This document shows positions 10,213 to 20,037 of a DNA stretch of 24,000 nt, piece after piece (the first letter of the stretch is position 1; each line of letters opens with the position of its first letter). The stretch spans positions 1 through 24,000 of the forward strand of contig JAAUOM010000045.1 of assembly GCA_012034865.1 (NCBI GenBank), written 5' to 3'. The stretch is from Acaryochloris sp. CRU_2_0 (GTDB taxonomy: Bacteria; Cyanobacteriota; Cyanobacteriia; Thermosynechococcales; Thermosynechococcaceae). The position numbers and the translations under genes were made by a program. The notes below the pieces were generated by a model. That model was given only the letters and a program-made list of their open reading frames with translations. It was not told the DNA's origin and made no database searches.

Positions 10213-11436
10213 ATGAATAAACCTAAGTTCAAATCACCTTCTGCCACACCCATGACCCTGCGCTTGGCCGAGCTGGCCAGCCTCTTCCTCAAACTCGGAA
10301 TCATTGGGTTTGGTGGTCCTCCGGCTCATATTGCCATGGCCAATGATGAAGCCGTGCTCCAGCGTCAATGGCTTACGCCAGAACAATTTACGGAAGGACT
10401 AGCCATCTGTGAAATGCTGCCTGGCCCTGCTTCCACCCAGATGGGGATTTACATTGGCTATGTGCGGGCAGGTCAACTGGGAGCCTTGGTGTCGGGAGTT
10501 TGCTTTATTGCCCCGGCTTTTTTAATTGTAGTGGCCTTGTCTTGGGGGTATTTTCGCTTTCAGGGGCTACCCCAAATTCAGGATATTTTTCTGGGCATTG
10601 CTCCGATGGTAACGGCGATTATTTTGGCTTTTTGCTGGAAAATTGCCCAAAAAATGCTTAAGGATAGATGGCGGCTGGGAATTGCGATCGCCGTCTTACT
10701 CCTCACCACCACTACCTCGATCAACGTCTTTGTCCAATTCATCTTAGCGGGACTATTGGGGTGTTGGTGGTGTCGTCCTTCCAAAGAGAACCCACGGGGA
10801 TGGGTCGTGCCTCCTTTACCCTTATTACTAGCCAATCTACCCCCTGAAACCTTGACTCTCTCAAGCGTTTGGGGATTGGAGCGCATCGGTGAATTCCTGG
10901 TACCCTTAACCCTATTTTTCTTGAAGGTGGGAAGTTTTATCTTTGGCGGCGGCTTGGTGATTATTCCCTTGCTGGAATTTGAAGTGGTGGAACAGTTACA
11001 CTGGCTGACCCGAACTGAATTTATCAATGGGGTGGCCATTGGTCAACTCTCTCCCGGGCCCGTTGTCTTAACGGCAGCGTTTGTTGGTTATAAAGTAGCG
11101 GGCATTTTAGGAGCAACAGTCTCAACAATCGCAATTTTTGCCCCATCCTTTGCTTTCATTATGTTGGCTGCGCCGCTGCTGCTTAGGATCCGACAGAATC
11201 CTTGGATTCAGGCTTTTTTACAAGGGGTGACTCCGGCGGTTTTAGGTGCGATCTCAGCCGCCACGATCCCGCTCCTGCAAACGACATTCACCCAAGCCCA
11301 TGGATGGTCTGCAATCGCATCAGGACTGATTGGGGTCGCTGCTTTCGTCGCATTAATCCGCTATAAGCTACCGACTTGGCAATTAGTCCCCGTGGGTGCT
11401 GGCTTAGGCTTACTGATGGGGCTAATACCTATTTGA
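10213..11436 (+). CDS. chrA: Chromate transporter, two-domain ChrA type
   Basis: LFLKLGIIGFGGPPAHIAMANDE...EMLPGPASTQMGIYIGY in the N-domain and FLKVGSFIFGGGLVIIPLLE...QLSPGPVVLTAAFVGY in the C-domain. The listed ORF starts at 10105 inside the SpoIIM-family gene; ATG 10213 is more plausible. Confidence 0.92.
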   Translation: MNKPKFKSPSATPMTLRLAELASLFLKLGIIGFGGPPAHIAMANDEAVLQRQWLTPEQFTEGLAICEMLPGPASTQMGIYIGYVRAGQLGALVSGVCFIAPAFLIVVALSWGYFRFQGLPQIQDIFLGIAPMVTAIILAFCWKIAQKMLKDRWRLGIAIAVLLLTTTTSINVFVQFILAGLLGCWWCRPSKENPRGWVVPPLPLLLANLPPETLTLSSVWGLERIGEFLVPLTLFFLKVGSFIFGGGLVIIPLLEFEVVEQLHWLTRTEFINGVAIGQLSPGPVVLTAAFVGYKVAGILGATVSTIAIFAPSFAFIMLAAPLLLRIRQNPWIQAFLQGVTPAVLGAISAATIPLLQTTFTQAHGWSAIASGLIGVAAFVALIRYKLPTWQLVPVGAGLGLLMGLIPI

Positions 11437-11497
11437 GGGAGTGACTTGCTTTAGCTATGATCACAGTTGGTTTTATTCGTACCCTAGGCCATAAATA

Positions 11498-12196
11498 TTG
11501 GATATTTCGCTGCAGCGATTGCTACAGTTAGCCAGTCCTGCCCTCCCTGTAGGGGCTTATAGCTATTCAGAAAGCATTGAGTGGTTAGTTGATACGGGTA
11601 CTTTGCAAAATGAAATCCATCTTCAGGCATGGTTGCTGCAAGAGTTAACCTATGGGGCCATTCGGATGGAAACGGCAGTGATGGTGCGCGGCTATAGGGC
11701 AGTGCTTTATCAAAACCCGCAGGCGTTGCAGACCTGGAATACTTGGCTATCGGCGGCCAGAGACACAGAAGAGCTGAGATTACAAAGTTGGCAAATGGGG
11801 CGATCCCTACTGCGATTATGTTTAGATTTGCAGACTGCGGATGGGATTGCCATCGATCCAGCGCTGATCCAAAACTTGGATCAACTACAACAGTCGGGGT
11901 GTAATTTTGCGATCGCCTTTGCGATTACAGCCGCCCACTGGCAAATTCCCCTAGACTCAGCCGTTCTCGGTTATCTGCACAGTTGGGCCACCAATCTCAT
12001 TGGTGCAGGCGTCAAACTGATTCCTTTAGGGCAAACAACGGGCCAAAAACTGCTATTTCAGCTCCAGCCCCATTTAAAATCAGCCACTCAAGCCATTCTC
12101 ACCCTCCAAGACGAGGATCTCAATACTTGTGGGTGGGGATTGGCTTTGGCCAGTATGGGTCACGAAACCCAATACAGTCGCTTGTTCCGCAGCTAA
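11498..12196 (+). CDS. ureF: Urease accessory protein UreF
   Basis: 232 aa; [24 protein letters not shown] is the UreF signature, and the gene is followed by ureG. TTG start. Confidence 0.95.
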   Translation: MDISLQRLLQLASPALPVGAYSYSESIEWLVDTGTLQNEIHLQAWLLQELTYGAIRMETAVMVRGYRAVLYQNPQALQTWNTWLSAARDTEELRLQSWQMGRSLLRLCLDLQTADGIAIDPALIQNLDQLQQSGCNFAIAFAITAAHWQIPLDSAVLGYLHSWATNLIGAGVKLIPLGQTTGQKLLFQLQPHLKSATQAILTLQDEDLNTCGWGLALASMGHETQYSRLFRS

Positions 12197-12313
12197 ATCA
12201 TTCGAATATTCCTTGGACTCAGGACACACCCGCTCAGCACCTTGATAAGATACTGTCATTACCCCTAGCCCCAGAACGATCAACCCTTGCAATTGACTAG
12301 GACGCTAGTATCT

Positions 12314-12925
12314 ATGAATTCGCTACGAGTCGGGGTGGCAGGTCCTGTGGGATCTGGTAAAACAGCCTTAGTGGATGCCCTCTGCAAAGCCCTGCGCCAG
12401 GAGTACAATCTCGCCGTTGTCACCAACGACATTTATACCCAAGAAGATGCCCAGTTTCTAGTCCGCAGTCAGGCTCTAGAACAAGAGAGAATTCTGGGTG
12501 TAGAAACAGGTGGCTGTCCCCACACCGCTATTCGTGAAGATGCTTCCATTAACCTGATGGCCATTGAAGAGTTAGAACAACGCTTCAACCCCCTAGATAT
12601 TGTCTTCGTTGAAAGTGGTGGAGATAATTTAGCAGCTACCTTTAGTCCAGAACTGGTCGATCTGACAATCTACGTCATTGATGTGGCCGGGGGCGATAAA
12701 ATTCCCCGCAAAGGCGGACCGGGGATCACCAAATCAGATTTACTAGTCATCAACAAAATTGATCTGGCTCCCTATGTTGGTGCCAGTCTAGAGGTGATGG
12801 AACACGACACAAAACAAATGCGAGGCTCCAAGCCTTTTGTCATGACCAACTTAAAACAACTGGTGGGGCTACCCGCAGTCATCGATTTTGTCATCCAACA
12901 TATTCCGCCTACCCTTTCCGAATAA
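12314..12925 (+). CDS. ureG: Urease accessory GTPase UreG
   Basis: [22 protein letters not shown] (P-loop), [65 protein letters not shown]. The listed ORF start at 12287 has extra N-terminal residues. Confidence 0.97.
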   Translation: MNSLRVGVAGPVGSGKTALVDALCKALRQEYNLAVVTNDIYTQEDAQFLVRSQALEQERILGVETGGCPHTAIREDASINLMAIEELEQRFNPLDIVFVESGGDNLAATFSPELVDLTIYVIDVAGGDKIPRKGGPGITKSDLLVINKIDLAPYVGASLEVMEHDTKQMRGSKPFVMTNLKQLVGLPAVIDFVIQHIPPTLSE

Positions 12926-13065
12926 AAGCAGCACTGAGCATTTTAAAGTTAAGTTCTCCAGAATTTAAGGTTGTGTTAACAAGTCTCTTGTCTACCTGAA
13001 ATCTTTGCCAGGAAGCTCATTTCGCGAATAAAAAAATTCTACTAAAGCTATAAAATATGTTTTTT

Positions 13066-13108
13066 GTATCGTGCATAACATTTTTTTGTTAAATCACATC
13101 CCTAATAT
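13066..13108 (+). promoter_or_regulatory. Candidate NtcA-activated promoter of urtA
   Basis: GTATCGTGCATAAC (13066-13079) is GTA-N8-AAC, one mismatch from GTA-N8-TAC. A TAATAT -10 (TAN3T) lies at 13103-13108 with a 23-nt gap, matching the class II NtcA promoter layout. Confidence 0.5.
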
Positions 13109-13316
13109 CTTCTTGGTGATGGTGAAACTGGACTTCTAAACTGTATTCCAAACAACTCAATGAATTGCTGGAAATAATAATAAGACAATTTCTGGATCAG
13201 TTGAGGATTCAAAGTCAGCCTAGTCGCTATCCACGCAATGGTATGTTTTGCCTTTGCTAAGGTTAACTATTGCTAAAAGTCATCAAGTTACTTTGTGTTG
13301 AGGAGTAAATCAGTTT

Positions 13317-14618
13317 ATGGCCAGAGGATTTGGTCGGCGCGAATTTCTAATCATGGGTTCCGTGACAACGGGAAGCCTTTTACTCAAAGCATGTACAAAC
13401 CCAGAAGGGCAATCCGATAGTGGTAATTCTAGTAGTTCTGCCTCAGGTGACACCATTAAAGTCGGCATCCTCCACTCTTTGAGTGGCACGATGGAAATCA
13501 GTGAGAAAACGGTCGTTGATGCAGAATTATTAGCCATTGAAGAAATCAATGCCAATGGAGGGGTGCTGGGTAAGCAAATCGAATTTGTCAAAGAAGATGG
13601 TGCATCAAACTGGGATACGTTCAAAGAGAAGGCTGAAAAATTAATTGACCAAGACAAGGTGGTTACAGTGTTTGGCTGTTGGACCTCTGCTAGTCGGCAG
13701 TCCGTCAAGGAAGTTTTTGAGTCCAAGAACCATATGCTCTGGTATCCCGTACAGTACGAAGGCCAAGAGTGTTCCAAGAATATTTTCTACACAGGAGCAA
13801 CCCCCAATCAGCAAATTGAGCCTGCTGTGACTTGGCTACTGAAGAATAAGGGTAAGAAATTCTTCTTAGTGGGTTCTAATTATGTTTTTCCCAAAACTGC
13901 AAATACCATTATTAAAGAACAGTTGAAGGCCGAAGGTGGAGAAACCATTGGCGAAGAGTATCTAGAGCTAGGGGATCAAGAGGTCACGCCCATTATTGCC
14001 AAGATTAAGGAAACGATGCCACAGGGGGGTGTGATCTTCAATACTCTCAATGGTGACAGTAATACCGCCTTTTTCAAACAAATGAAATCAGAAGGTTTGG
14101 GACCCGATAAGTATCCCATTTTGTCAGTTAGTGTAGCGGAAGAAGAGATTCGGCAAATTGGTCAAGAGTTTCTAGTGGGGCATTATGCTGCCTGGAATTA
14201 CTTCCAAACCGTCGATACACCTGCTAATAAAAAGTGGGTTGCTGATTTTAAGAAGAAATACGGCGATGACCGTGTTACCAGTGATCCCATGGAAGCTGCC
14301 TACATTATGGTGTATCTGTGGAAGCAAGCCGTTGAGAAGGCGAAAACTGCCGATGATCTTGACAAGGTACGGCAGGCTGCCATTGGCCAGACCTTTGATG
14401 CCCCTGAAGGCAAAGTGACGATGAATGGCAACCATCACCTCTCCAAGACCGTTCGCATTGGCCAAATTAACGATAAAGGTCAATTTGATGTTGTCTGGTC
14501 TACAGAGGGTCCCATTGATCCCATCCCCTGGAATCAATTTGTGCCAGCTACAAAGGGCTATGCCTGTGATTGGAGTGATCCCAAGAAGGGTGAAAAGTAC
14601 AAGCTTGAAGGAGCTTAA
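13317..14618 (+). CDS. urtA: Urea ABC transporter substrate-binding protein UrtA, with twin-arginine signal and lipobox
   Basis: 433 aa; [26 protein letters not shown], then [43 protein letters not shown]...[18 protein letters not shown]. First gene of the urtABCDE set. Confidence 0.96.
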   Translation: MARGFGRREFLIMGSVTTGSLLLKACTNPEGQSDSGNSSSSASGDTIKVGILHSLSGTMEISEKTVVDAELLAIEEINANGGVLGKQIEFVKEDGASNWDTFKEKAEKLIDQDKVVTVFGCWTSASRQSVKEVFESKNHMLWYPVQYEGQECSKNIFYTGATPNQQIEPAVTWLLKNKGKKFFLVGSNYVFPKTANTIIKEQLKAEGGETIGEEYLELGDQEVTPIIAKIKETMPQGGVIFNTLNGDSNTAFFKQMKSEGLGPDKYPILSVSVAEEEIRQIGQEFLVGHYAAWNYFQTVDTPANKKWVADFKKKYGDDRVTSDPMEAAYIMVYLWKQAVEKAKTADDLDKVRQAAIGQTFDAPEGKVTMNGNHHLSKTVRIGQINDKGQFDVVWSTEGPIDPIPWNQFVPATKGYACDWSDPKKGEKYKLEGA

Positions 14619-14745
14619 GGAATCAACCCTACTTTGGCACTGCTCTGTTTCTTGTTGTCAAGGTTGTGGTGGTCAGGGCAATAGCATAAAACTTCCACAG
14701 TATTCATCTTTTAATATCAGTTCTTGATTCCTAGGAATTTGCTGT

Positions 14746-15957
14746 GTGGTTGCAAATGTATTAACGCTATTATTCAACGGTCTTAGTATTGCTTCTGTAC
14801 TACTGTTGGCAGCCTTGGGTCTGTCGATTGTCTTTGGTCTGATGGGTGTGATCAACTTGGCTCACGGTGAGCTGATCATGCTCGGAGCCTATACAACCTA
14901 TGTGGTTCAAGAAGGGATAGCACTATTGGGAAACCAATGGTCTAATGTTTACATTTTCTTGGCATTGCCTCTAGCGTTTATCGTGACAGCCCTTGTCGGG
15001 TGGGGCTTGGAGCAGGGAGTTGTACGTCATCTCTACGGTCGTCCTTTAGAAACCTTACTAGCGACTTGGGGAGTGAGTCTCATTCTGCGTCAATTGGTTC
15101 GCAGTGTGAGTTGGGGATTGCTGTTGGATATTGTCTGTTTTTTCTGTTTCTTTTTTGGAGGGCTGAGGTTGCTACAACCTCACTTGGTGAGTACAAGGCA
15201 GCGCTATTGGGCGAGATTGATCATCTTGGCCTTATCCGTAGGAATTACAAGCACCTTGGCTATTTTGCTCAGCAAATCGGATCAGCGCGCTCTAAGTGAT
15301 CCTTGGTTTGGATCTCGAAATCTGGCTGTTACAGCTCCAAAATGGTTGCAAGGGGGTTTGTCTGTGAAGGATCTACCCGTGCAAATGCTGAAGGAATGGC
15401 TGGAATCCATGGGTTTGGAAAATTTCCAGATCCCCAGTGGTCGCCTTTTTATCATTGCGCTTACAGGGCTGTGTATTGTGCTGATGTACTGGTTTTTGCA
15501 TCGGTCAAGTTGGGGGTTGCGCATCCGAGCGGTCACTCAAAACCGAGATATTAGTGCTTGTTTGGGGATTCCTACTCGGACAGTGGACTCGTTAACGTTT
15601 GCCCTCGGTTCAGGTTTAGCGGGGGTTGCTGGCTGTGCAATTACACTGATTGGTGCGACTGGCCCGAATATGGGGGGTGGTTATACGGTTGATGCATTCA
15701 TGGTGGTTGTGGTGGGTGGTGTTGGCAACATTATGGGGAGTATTGTGGCTGCGATCGCCATCGGCATGACCAACTACATCATTAGTGTTGGTACCCTGGT
15801 GCCTGTGTTTGCATCCGTTCCAGCTTTATCCAGCTTTTTGGAATTTTTTGCTACGCCAAGTATGGCCAAGGTCATTGTGTTTGGCTTGATTATTACCTTC
15901 TTACAAATTCGGCCAGCAGGCATCTTTCCTCCCAAAGGCCGTACCGCTGAAGTATAA
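14746..15957 (+). CDS. urtB: Urea ABC transporter permease UrtB
   Basis: 403 aa; LLFNGLSIASVLLLAALGLSIVFGLMGVINLAHGELIMLGAYTTYVVQ, RPLETLLATWGVSLILRQ, VDAFMVVVVGGVGNIMGSIVAA. GTG start. Confidence 0.96.
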   Translation: MVANVLTLLFNGLSIASVLLLAALGLSIVFGLMGVINLAHGELIMLGAYTTYVVQEGIALLGNQWSNVYIFLALPLAFIVTALVGWGLEQGVVRHLYGRPLETLLATWGVSLILRQLVRSVSWGLLLDIVCFFCFFFGGLRLLQPHLVSTRQRYWARLIILALSVGITSTLAILLSKSDQRALSDPWFGSRNLAVTAPKWLQGGLSVKDLPVQMLKEWLESMGLENFQIPSGRLFIIALTGLCIVLMYWFLHRSSWGLRIRAVTQNRDISACLGIPTRTVDSLTFALGSGLAGVAGCAITLIGATGPNMGGGYTVDAFMVVVVGGVGNIMGSIVAAIAIGMTNYIISVGTLVPVFASVPALSSFLEFFATPSMAKVIVFGLIITFLQIRPAGIFPPKGRTAEV

Positions 15958-15987
15958 ACCAGCATCCCTCTGGGAACTCCACACCCT

Positions 15988-17150
15988 ATGACAAATCACG
16001 CCTCTGCATCCTATTTCCCAGCATCAATGAGAAAACTACTCATCCGAGAAATTGGGGTGGCCTTGATTCTGACGCTGATCGGTTCTGTGCTACTCCCGCT
16101 AGTGCTACCTACCTTTCGCCTTAAGTTTTTAGGGCGATTCTTAGCTTTAGCCATTGCAGCGTTAGGGATCGACCTGATTTGGGGCTACACGGGTCTGCTC
16201 AGTTTAGGTCATGGCATCTTTTTTGCCTTGGGGGGGTATGCCCTGGCGATGCATCTTAAGCTGCAACTTCCTGAAGGAGAATTGCCAAGCTTCATGGTCA
16301 ACTACGGGGTTGCCAAGCTGCCGTGGTTTTGGCAACCCTTCCACTCCTTCTCTTTTACGATGGTAGCTTTGTTTTTCATTCCAGCAATTGTCGCTGCTGT
16401 ATTGGGATACTTGGTCTTTCGCAACCGAATCCGTGGCGTCTATTTTTCCATCTTGACCCAGGCATGCCTACTGGTATTTTTCTTTTTCTTTAAAGGACCT
16501 ATTGAGTTATTTAACGGCACCAATGGACTCAAGACCGACAAAGACACCCTTTTTGGTGTCTTAGCCAGCTCTAACACAGCCCAATGGGTTTTCTACGAAC
16601 TCAGTATCCTCTGTTTGTTGGCTAGCTATGTACTCTGTCGATGGCTTACCAGTGGCCGATTTGGGCGCTTACTCCTGGCTATCCGAGACGATGAAAATCG
16701 GATGCGCTTCTCCGGTTATAATCCCACTGGATTTAAGGTGTTGGTATTTTCGGTTTCGGGTGCCTTGGCGGGAATTGGAGGTGCCCTCTACTCTGTTCAA
16801 ACAGGTATTATTACCCCCAGCGCCATGGAAGTACCCTTTTCGATTGAATGGTGATTTGGGTAGCGGTGGGAGGTCGAGGTACCCTCATTGGAGCCATCAT
16901 CGGCACAGTTCTAGTCAGTATTGCCCGCACGCTCTTGAGTGAGCAGTTCTCTGATATTTGGCTGTTTTTTCAGGGGGGACTGTTTTTGATTGTCGTTACG
17001 GCTTTACCCGATGGCTTGGTGGGCTGGCTACGGAATCAAGGCCCCGAACAAATCCGACTCCTTTTGGGTCGTCCACGGCAACTTATAACCTATCCCCGTT
17101 TGGCGGAAGATCCAGATGTAGAATATGAGCGACAAAATTTTAGAAATTGA
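15988..17150 (+). CDS. urtC: Urea ABC transporter permease UrtC, reading frame interrupted by an apparent 1-nt deletion at 16847-16848
   Basis: ORF 15988..16854 ends ...MEVPFSIEW*. ORF 16848..17150 begins MVIWVAVGGRGTLIGAIIGTVLVSIARTLLSEQFSDIWLFFQGGLFLIVVTALPDG. One added A (GAATGG to GAAATGG) gives FSIEMVIWVAVGGRG, the conserved UrtC sequence. Confidence 0.94.
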
Positions 17151-17880
17151 GAATTTAACCGTTAATTTTGACGGATTTAAAGCCCTCAATCAGCTCAACT
17201 TCACCATGGCAACGGGTGAGTTGCGAGTCATTATTGGCCCGAATGGCGCGGGTAAAACTACCTTCCTGGATGTGATTACGGGCAAGGTGCAGCCAACAGA
17301 AGGCCAAGCTTTATTTAAGGGCAAGAATTTGCGATCGCGATCGGAACACCAAATTTCGCGATTAGGAATTGGTCGCAAATTTCAAACCCCTCGGGTTTAC
17401 TTAAAACTAACCCCCCGTGAAAACCTGGATCTATCCTGTAATCGACATAAAAATGTGTTTTCCACCCTCCTGAGTCGCCCCAGTAAACCAGAGCAACGCA
17501 CCGTTGCTGGTTTACTGGAAACCGTTGGTTTAACGCCGAAAGCTGACATCCCCGCTGAGTTACTCTCCCACGGTGAAAAACAACGCTTAGAAATTGGCAT
17601 GTTAGTGGCTCAAGCACCGGATTTACTGTTGGTGGATGAACCCGTCGCCGGCCTGACAGATGAAGAAACCCAAAACGTGGGCAATTTATTGTTAACCCTA
17701 GCAGAAAGCCACTCCATTATCGTCATTGAGCATGATATGGAGTTTGTCCGTCAAATTGCCCGACAAGTAACGGTTCTCCATCAAGGGGCTGTCCTTTATG
17801 AAGGCAGTATGGAGGAAGTACAGCAAAATCGCCAGGTCATCGAAGTTTACTTGGGTCAACCAGAGGACAATAATGGTTAA
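17125..17880 (+). CDS. urtD: Urea ABC transporter ATP-binding protein UrtD
   Basis: Walker A GPNGAGKTT, signature-region LSHGEKQRLEIGM, Walker B LLLVDEPVAGLTDEE. Overlaps the end of urtC. Confidence 0.96.
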   Translation: MSDKILEIENLTVNFDGFKALNQLNFTMATGELRVIIGPNGAGKTTFLDVITGKVQPTEGQALFKGKNLRSRSEHQISRLGIGRKFQTPRVYLKLTPRENLDLSCNRHKNVFSTLLSRPSKPEQRTVAGLLETVGLTPKADIPAELLSHGEKQRLEIGMLVAQAPDLLLVDEPVAGLTDEETQNVGNLLLTLAESHSIIVIEHDMEFVRQIARQVTVLHQGAVLYEGSMEEVQQNRQVIEVYLGQPEDNNG

Positions 17881-18613
17881 TCCCGTCCCCACTCCCTTGC
17901 CCATTACACCCCTGCTGGATATTACCAGCCTTAACGTCTACTATGGCGAAAGCCATATCCTCCGGAATGTGGATTTGAGTGTAGAGCCAGGGAAGATGGT
18001 CTGCTTAATTGGTCGCAATGGTGTCGGTAAAACAACTTTGCTCAAAACCATTTTGGGTCTATTGCAACCGCGCACAGGCAACATGCAGCTCTCGGGCACT
18101 TCCCTACTCAATAAAAGGCCCGACCAACGAGCGCGGCTGGGGATTGGCTATGTCCCCCAAGGGCGCGAAATTATTTCAAAACTCACCATTCAAGAAAATC
18201 TGATTTTGGGCTTAGAAGCCCGTCCTCAGGGCAGGGGCAAGAACCCAACCATTCCCGAGCAAATTTTTCAATTATTCCCCGCTTTGCAGAGTATGCTGGG
18301 GCGGATGGGCGGCGACTTAAGCGGGGGGCAACAGCAACAACTCGCTATTGCCAGGGCACTCATGGGTAATCCGCGCCTATTGGTTCTAGATGAACCCACG
18401 GAAGGCATCCAGCCTTCTATTATTTTAGAAATTGAAGCTGCTGTTCGCCGCATTGTCGAAACGACAGGGGTATCGGTCTTGCTCGTTGAGCAGCATCTCC
18501 ACTTCGTCCGGCAAGCAGACTGGTACTATGCCATGCAAAAAGGTGGTATCGTTGCGTCTGGATCAACGGATGAGCTGAGCAAACAAGTGATTCAAGAATT
18601 TCTAGCAGTGTGA
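17873..18613 (+). CDS. urtE: Urea ABC transporter ATP-binding protein UrtE
   Basis: LNVYYGESHILRNVDLSVEPGKMVCLIGRNGVGKTTLLKTILGLL; signature LSGGQQQQLAIARALM; Walker B LLVLDEPTEGIQPSI. ATG 17873 overlaps the urtD stop by 8 nt; the ORF track start at 17798 is longer. Confidence 0.96.
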   Translation: MVNPVPTPLPITPLLDITSLNVYYGESHILRNVDLSVEPGKMVCLIGRNGVGKTTLLKTILGLLQPRTGNMQLSGTSLLNKRPDQRARLGIGYVPQGREIISKLTIQENLILGLEARPQGRGKNPTIPEQIFQLFPALQSMLGRMGGDLSGGQQQQLAIARALMGNPRLLVLDEPTEGIQPSIILEIEAAVRRIVETTGVSVLLVEQHLHFVRQADWYYAMQKGGIVASGSTDELSKQVIQEFLAV

Positions 18614-18661
18614 AGATGAAGATAGGGAAGAATTTCTAGCCTGATCTTACTAAAGAATTTG

Positions 18662-19476
18662 ATGCAAAAATTTTGGACATCTGTGGTTACCTTTGCCCAG
18701 ACGGTTACCCAGCAAGTTGGAGAACGGTTACTCACAGAATTTGGAACGACCCAAGCGATGACTAAGGCTGATGGCAGTTTGGTGACTCCTTCGGATCAAT
18801 GGGCTGATCAGTTTCTGCGACAAGCTATTGGCACGGTCTTTCCTGAGCATGGGGTTTTGAGCGAAGAATCAGACCATATTTTCCCGCCCCAAGCCTGGTG
18901 CTGGATTATTGACCCCATTGATGGCACCACTAACTTTGCTCAGGGGATGCCGATCTGGAGTATTTCCTTGGGGCTTTTGTATCAGGGTATCCCAGTATTT
19001 GGTTTAGTGCATGTGCCGCCCTTGCAGCAAACGTTTCATGGGTTTTGGTCTGCGCCAGAACAGAACAATGGAGCCTATTGCAACCAACGCCCCATCCACA
19101 CTCGTAGGGATCCACCAGGGGCAAATCAGTTTTTAGCCTTTGCGCCCGCAGCCTAGCAGTCTTGCAGAACTCCTTTCCCTGTAAAATTCGCATATTAGGC
19201 TCAGCGAGTTATAACCTATTAACGGTAGCCCAAGGCATTACCCTGGGGGCAGTGGAAGCCACACCTAAAATTTGGGATATTGCTGGGGCTTGGCCGATTA
19301 TTCAGGCGGCGGGGGGCACTTGGGTATCCCTGGGGAAAGATCCCATTTTTCCGTTGGTAGTGGGACAAAACTATGCTCAGGTTGCCTATTCGACTTTAGT
19401 GGTGAGTCAAGCCCAGTGGGTAGATCAATTTCAGCCCTTAGTGACTATAATTGGCCAACCCAATCAACCCCATTGA
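18662..19476 (+). CDS. Inositol monophosphatase family protein, reading frame interrupted by an apparent 1-nt deletion at 19139-19141
   Basis: ORF 18659..19156 has GVLSEESDHIF and WIIDPIDGTTNFAQGMPIWSISLGL, and ends FLAFAPAA*. The frame overlapping ORF 19162..19476 reads CARSLAVLQNSFPCKIRILGSASYNLLTVAQGITLGAVEATPKIWDIAGAWPIIQAAGG. One added T gives FLAFCARSLAVLQNSFPCKIRILGS. Confidence 0.9.
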
Positions 19477-19511
19477 AACCATTCATCATCTCTAAGTTTG
19501 AGCTATTAAAC

Positions 19512-19922
19512 ATGCAATCTGATGATTTCGCCAGAATCCAACAGGCTCAAGCAGCCCTAGCCAGTTTTGCTAGGATACAATCCCCACCCTTAGACACTCC
19601 AGCGGCAAGGGAAGCGGTAAAGGCAGCACTGTTGACCTTATCTGAGGCGGCTGACTATCAGATGTTTGGCATCTTGGCAGACCGTTTTGACCAAGGTATG
19701 GCCACTTTGCAAGCCTATGCCCAAGCCTTTGGCTATGAATTACCGACCTACGAGCAAGAGCCTGTTGCGGGTTCGGTATACATTAAATTTAATCCCAATC
19801 TCGGCAGTTACTACATCAGCAGCTATACCCAGGAACATCGTGGGGTACTGGTATCCTATCAATCTGCCATCAATGAAACGATTAACCAGACCTACGGTCA
19901 TTTTCCGCTGGATCTATTTTGA
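19512..19922 (+). CDS. Cyanobacterial DUF1824-like protein
   Basis: 136 aa from ATG 19512 (MQSDDFARIQQAQAALASF...YIKFNPNLGSYYISSYTQEHRGVLVSYQSAINETINQTYGHFPLDLF). The upstream 80 codons of the listed ORF (19272) overlap the IMPase gene in another frame. Confidence 0.65.
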   Translation: MQSDDFARIQQAQAALASFARIQSPPLDTPAAREAVKAALLTLSEAADYQMFGILADRFDQGMATLQAYAQAFGYELPTYEQEPVAGSVYIKFNPNLGSYYISSYTQEHRGVLVSYQSAINETINQTYGHFPLDLF

Positions 19923-20037
19923 TCGCCTTGATCCATGTTATAAAGTGTCACCCCTGACCCGTTGATCTGAGATCGGATCCCATAAAATTTTGGCAGCCTA
20001 TTAATTGGGCCGCCAACAGCCACCCAAGGAGACGGTA

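Noticed and set aside
12926-13065. TGTTAACAAGTCTCTTGTCTAC near 12975 as an NtcA box
   Set aside because: It does not fit GTA-N8-TAC (closest alignment is AGT-N8-TAC), and a better-spaced candidate exists at 13066.
13310-13777. 155-aa minus-strand ORF opposite urtA (also 14172-14537)
   Set aside because: Fully antisense to conserved UrtA sequence, with no protein signature.
19272-19511. N-terminal 80 codons of the 216-aa ORF (MGYCWGLADYSGGGGHLG...)
   Set aside because: Out of frame within the IMPase-like gene, which covers this DNA with conserved sequence. Homology-like sequence begins only at ATG 19512.
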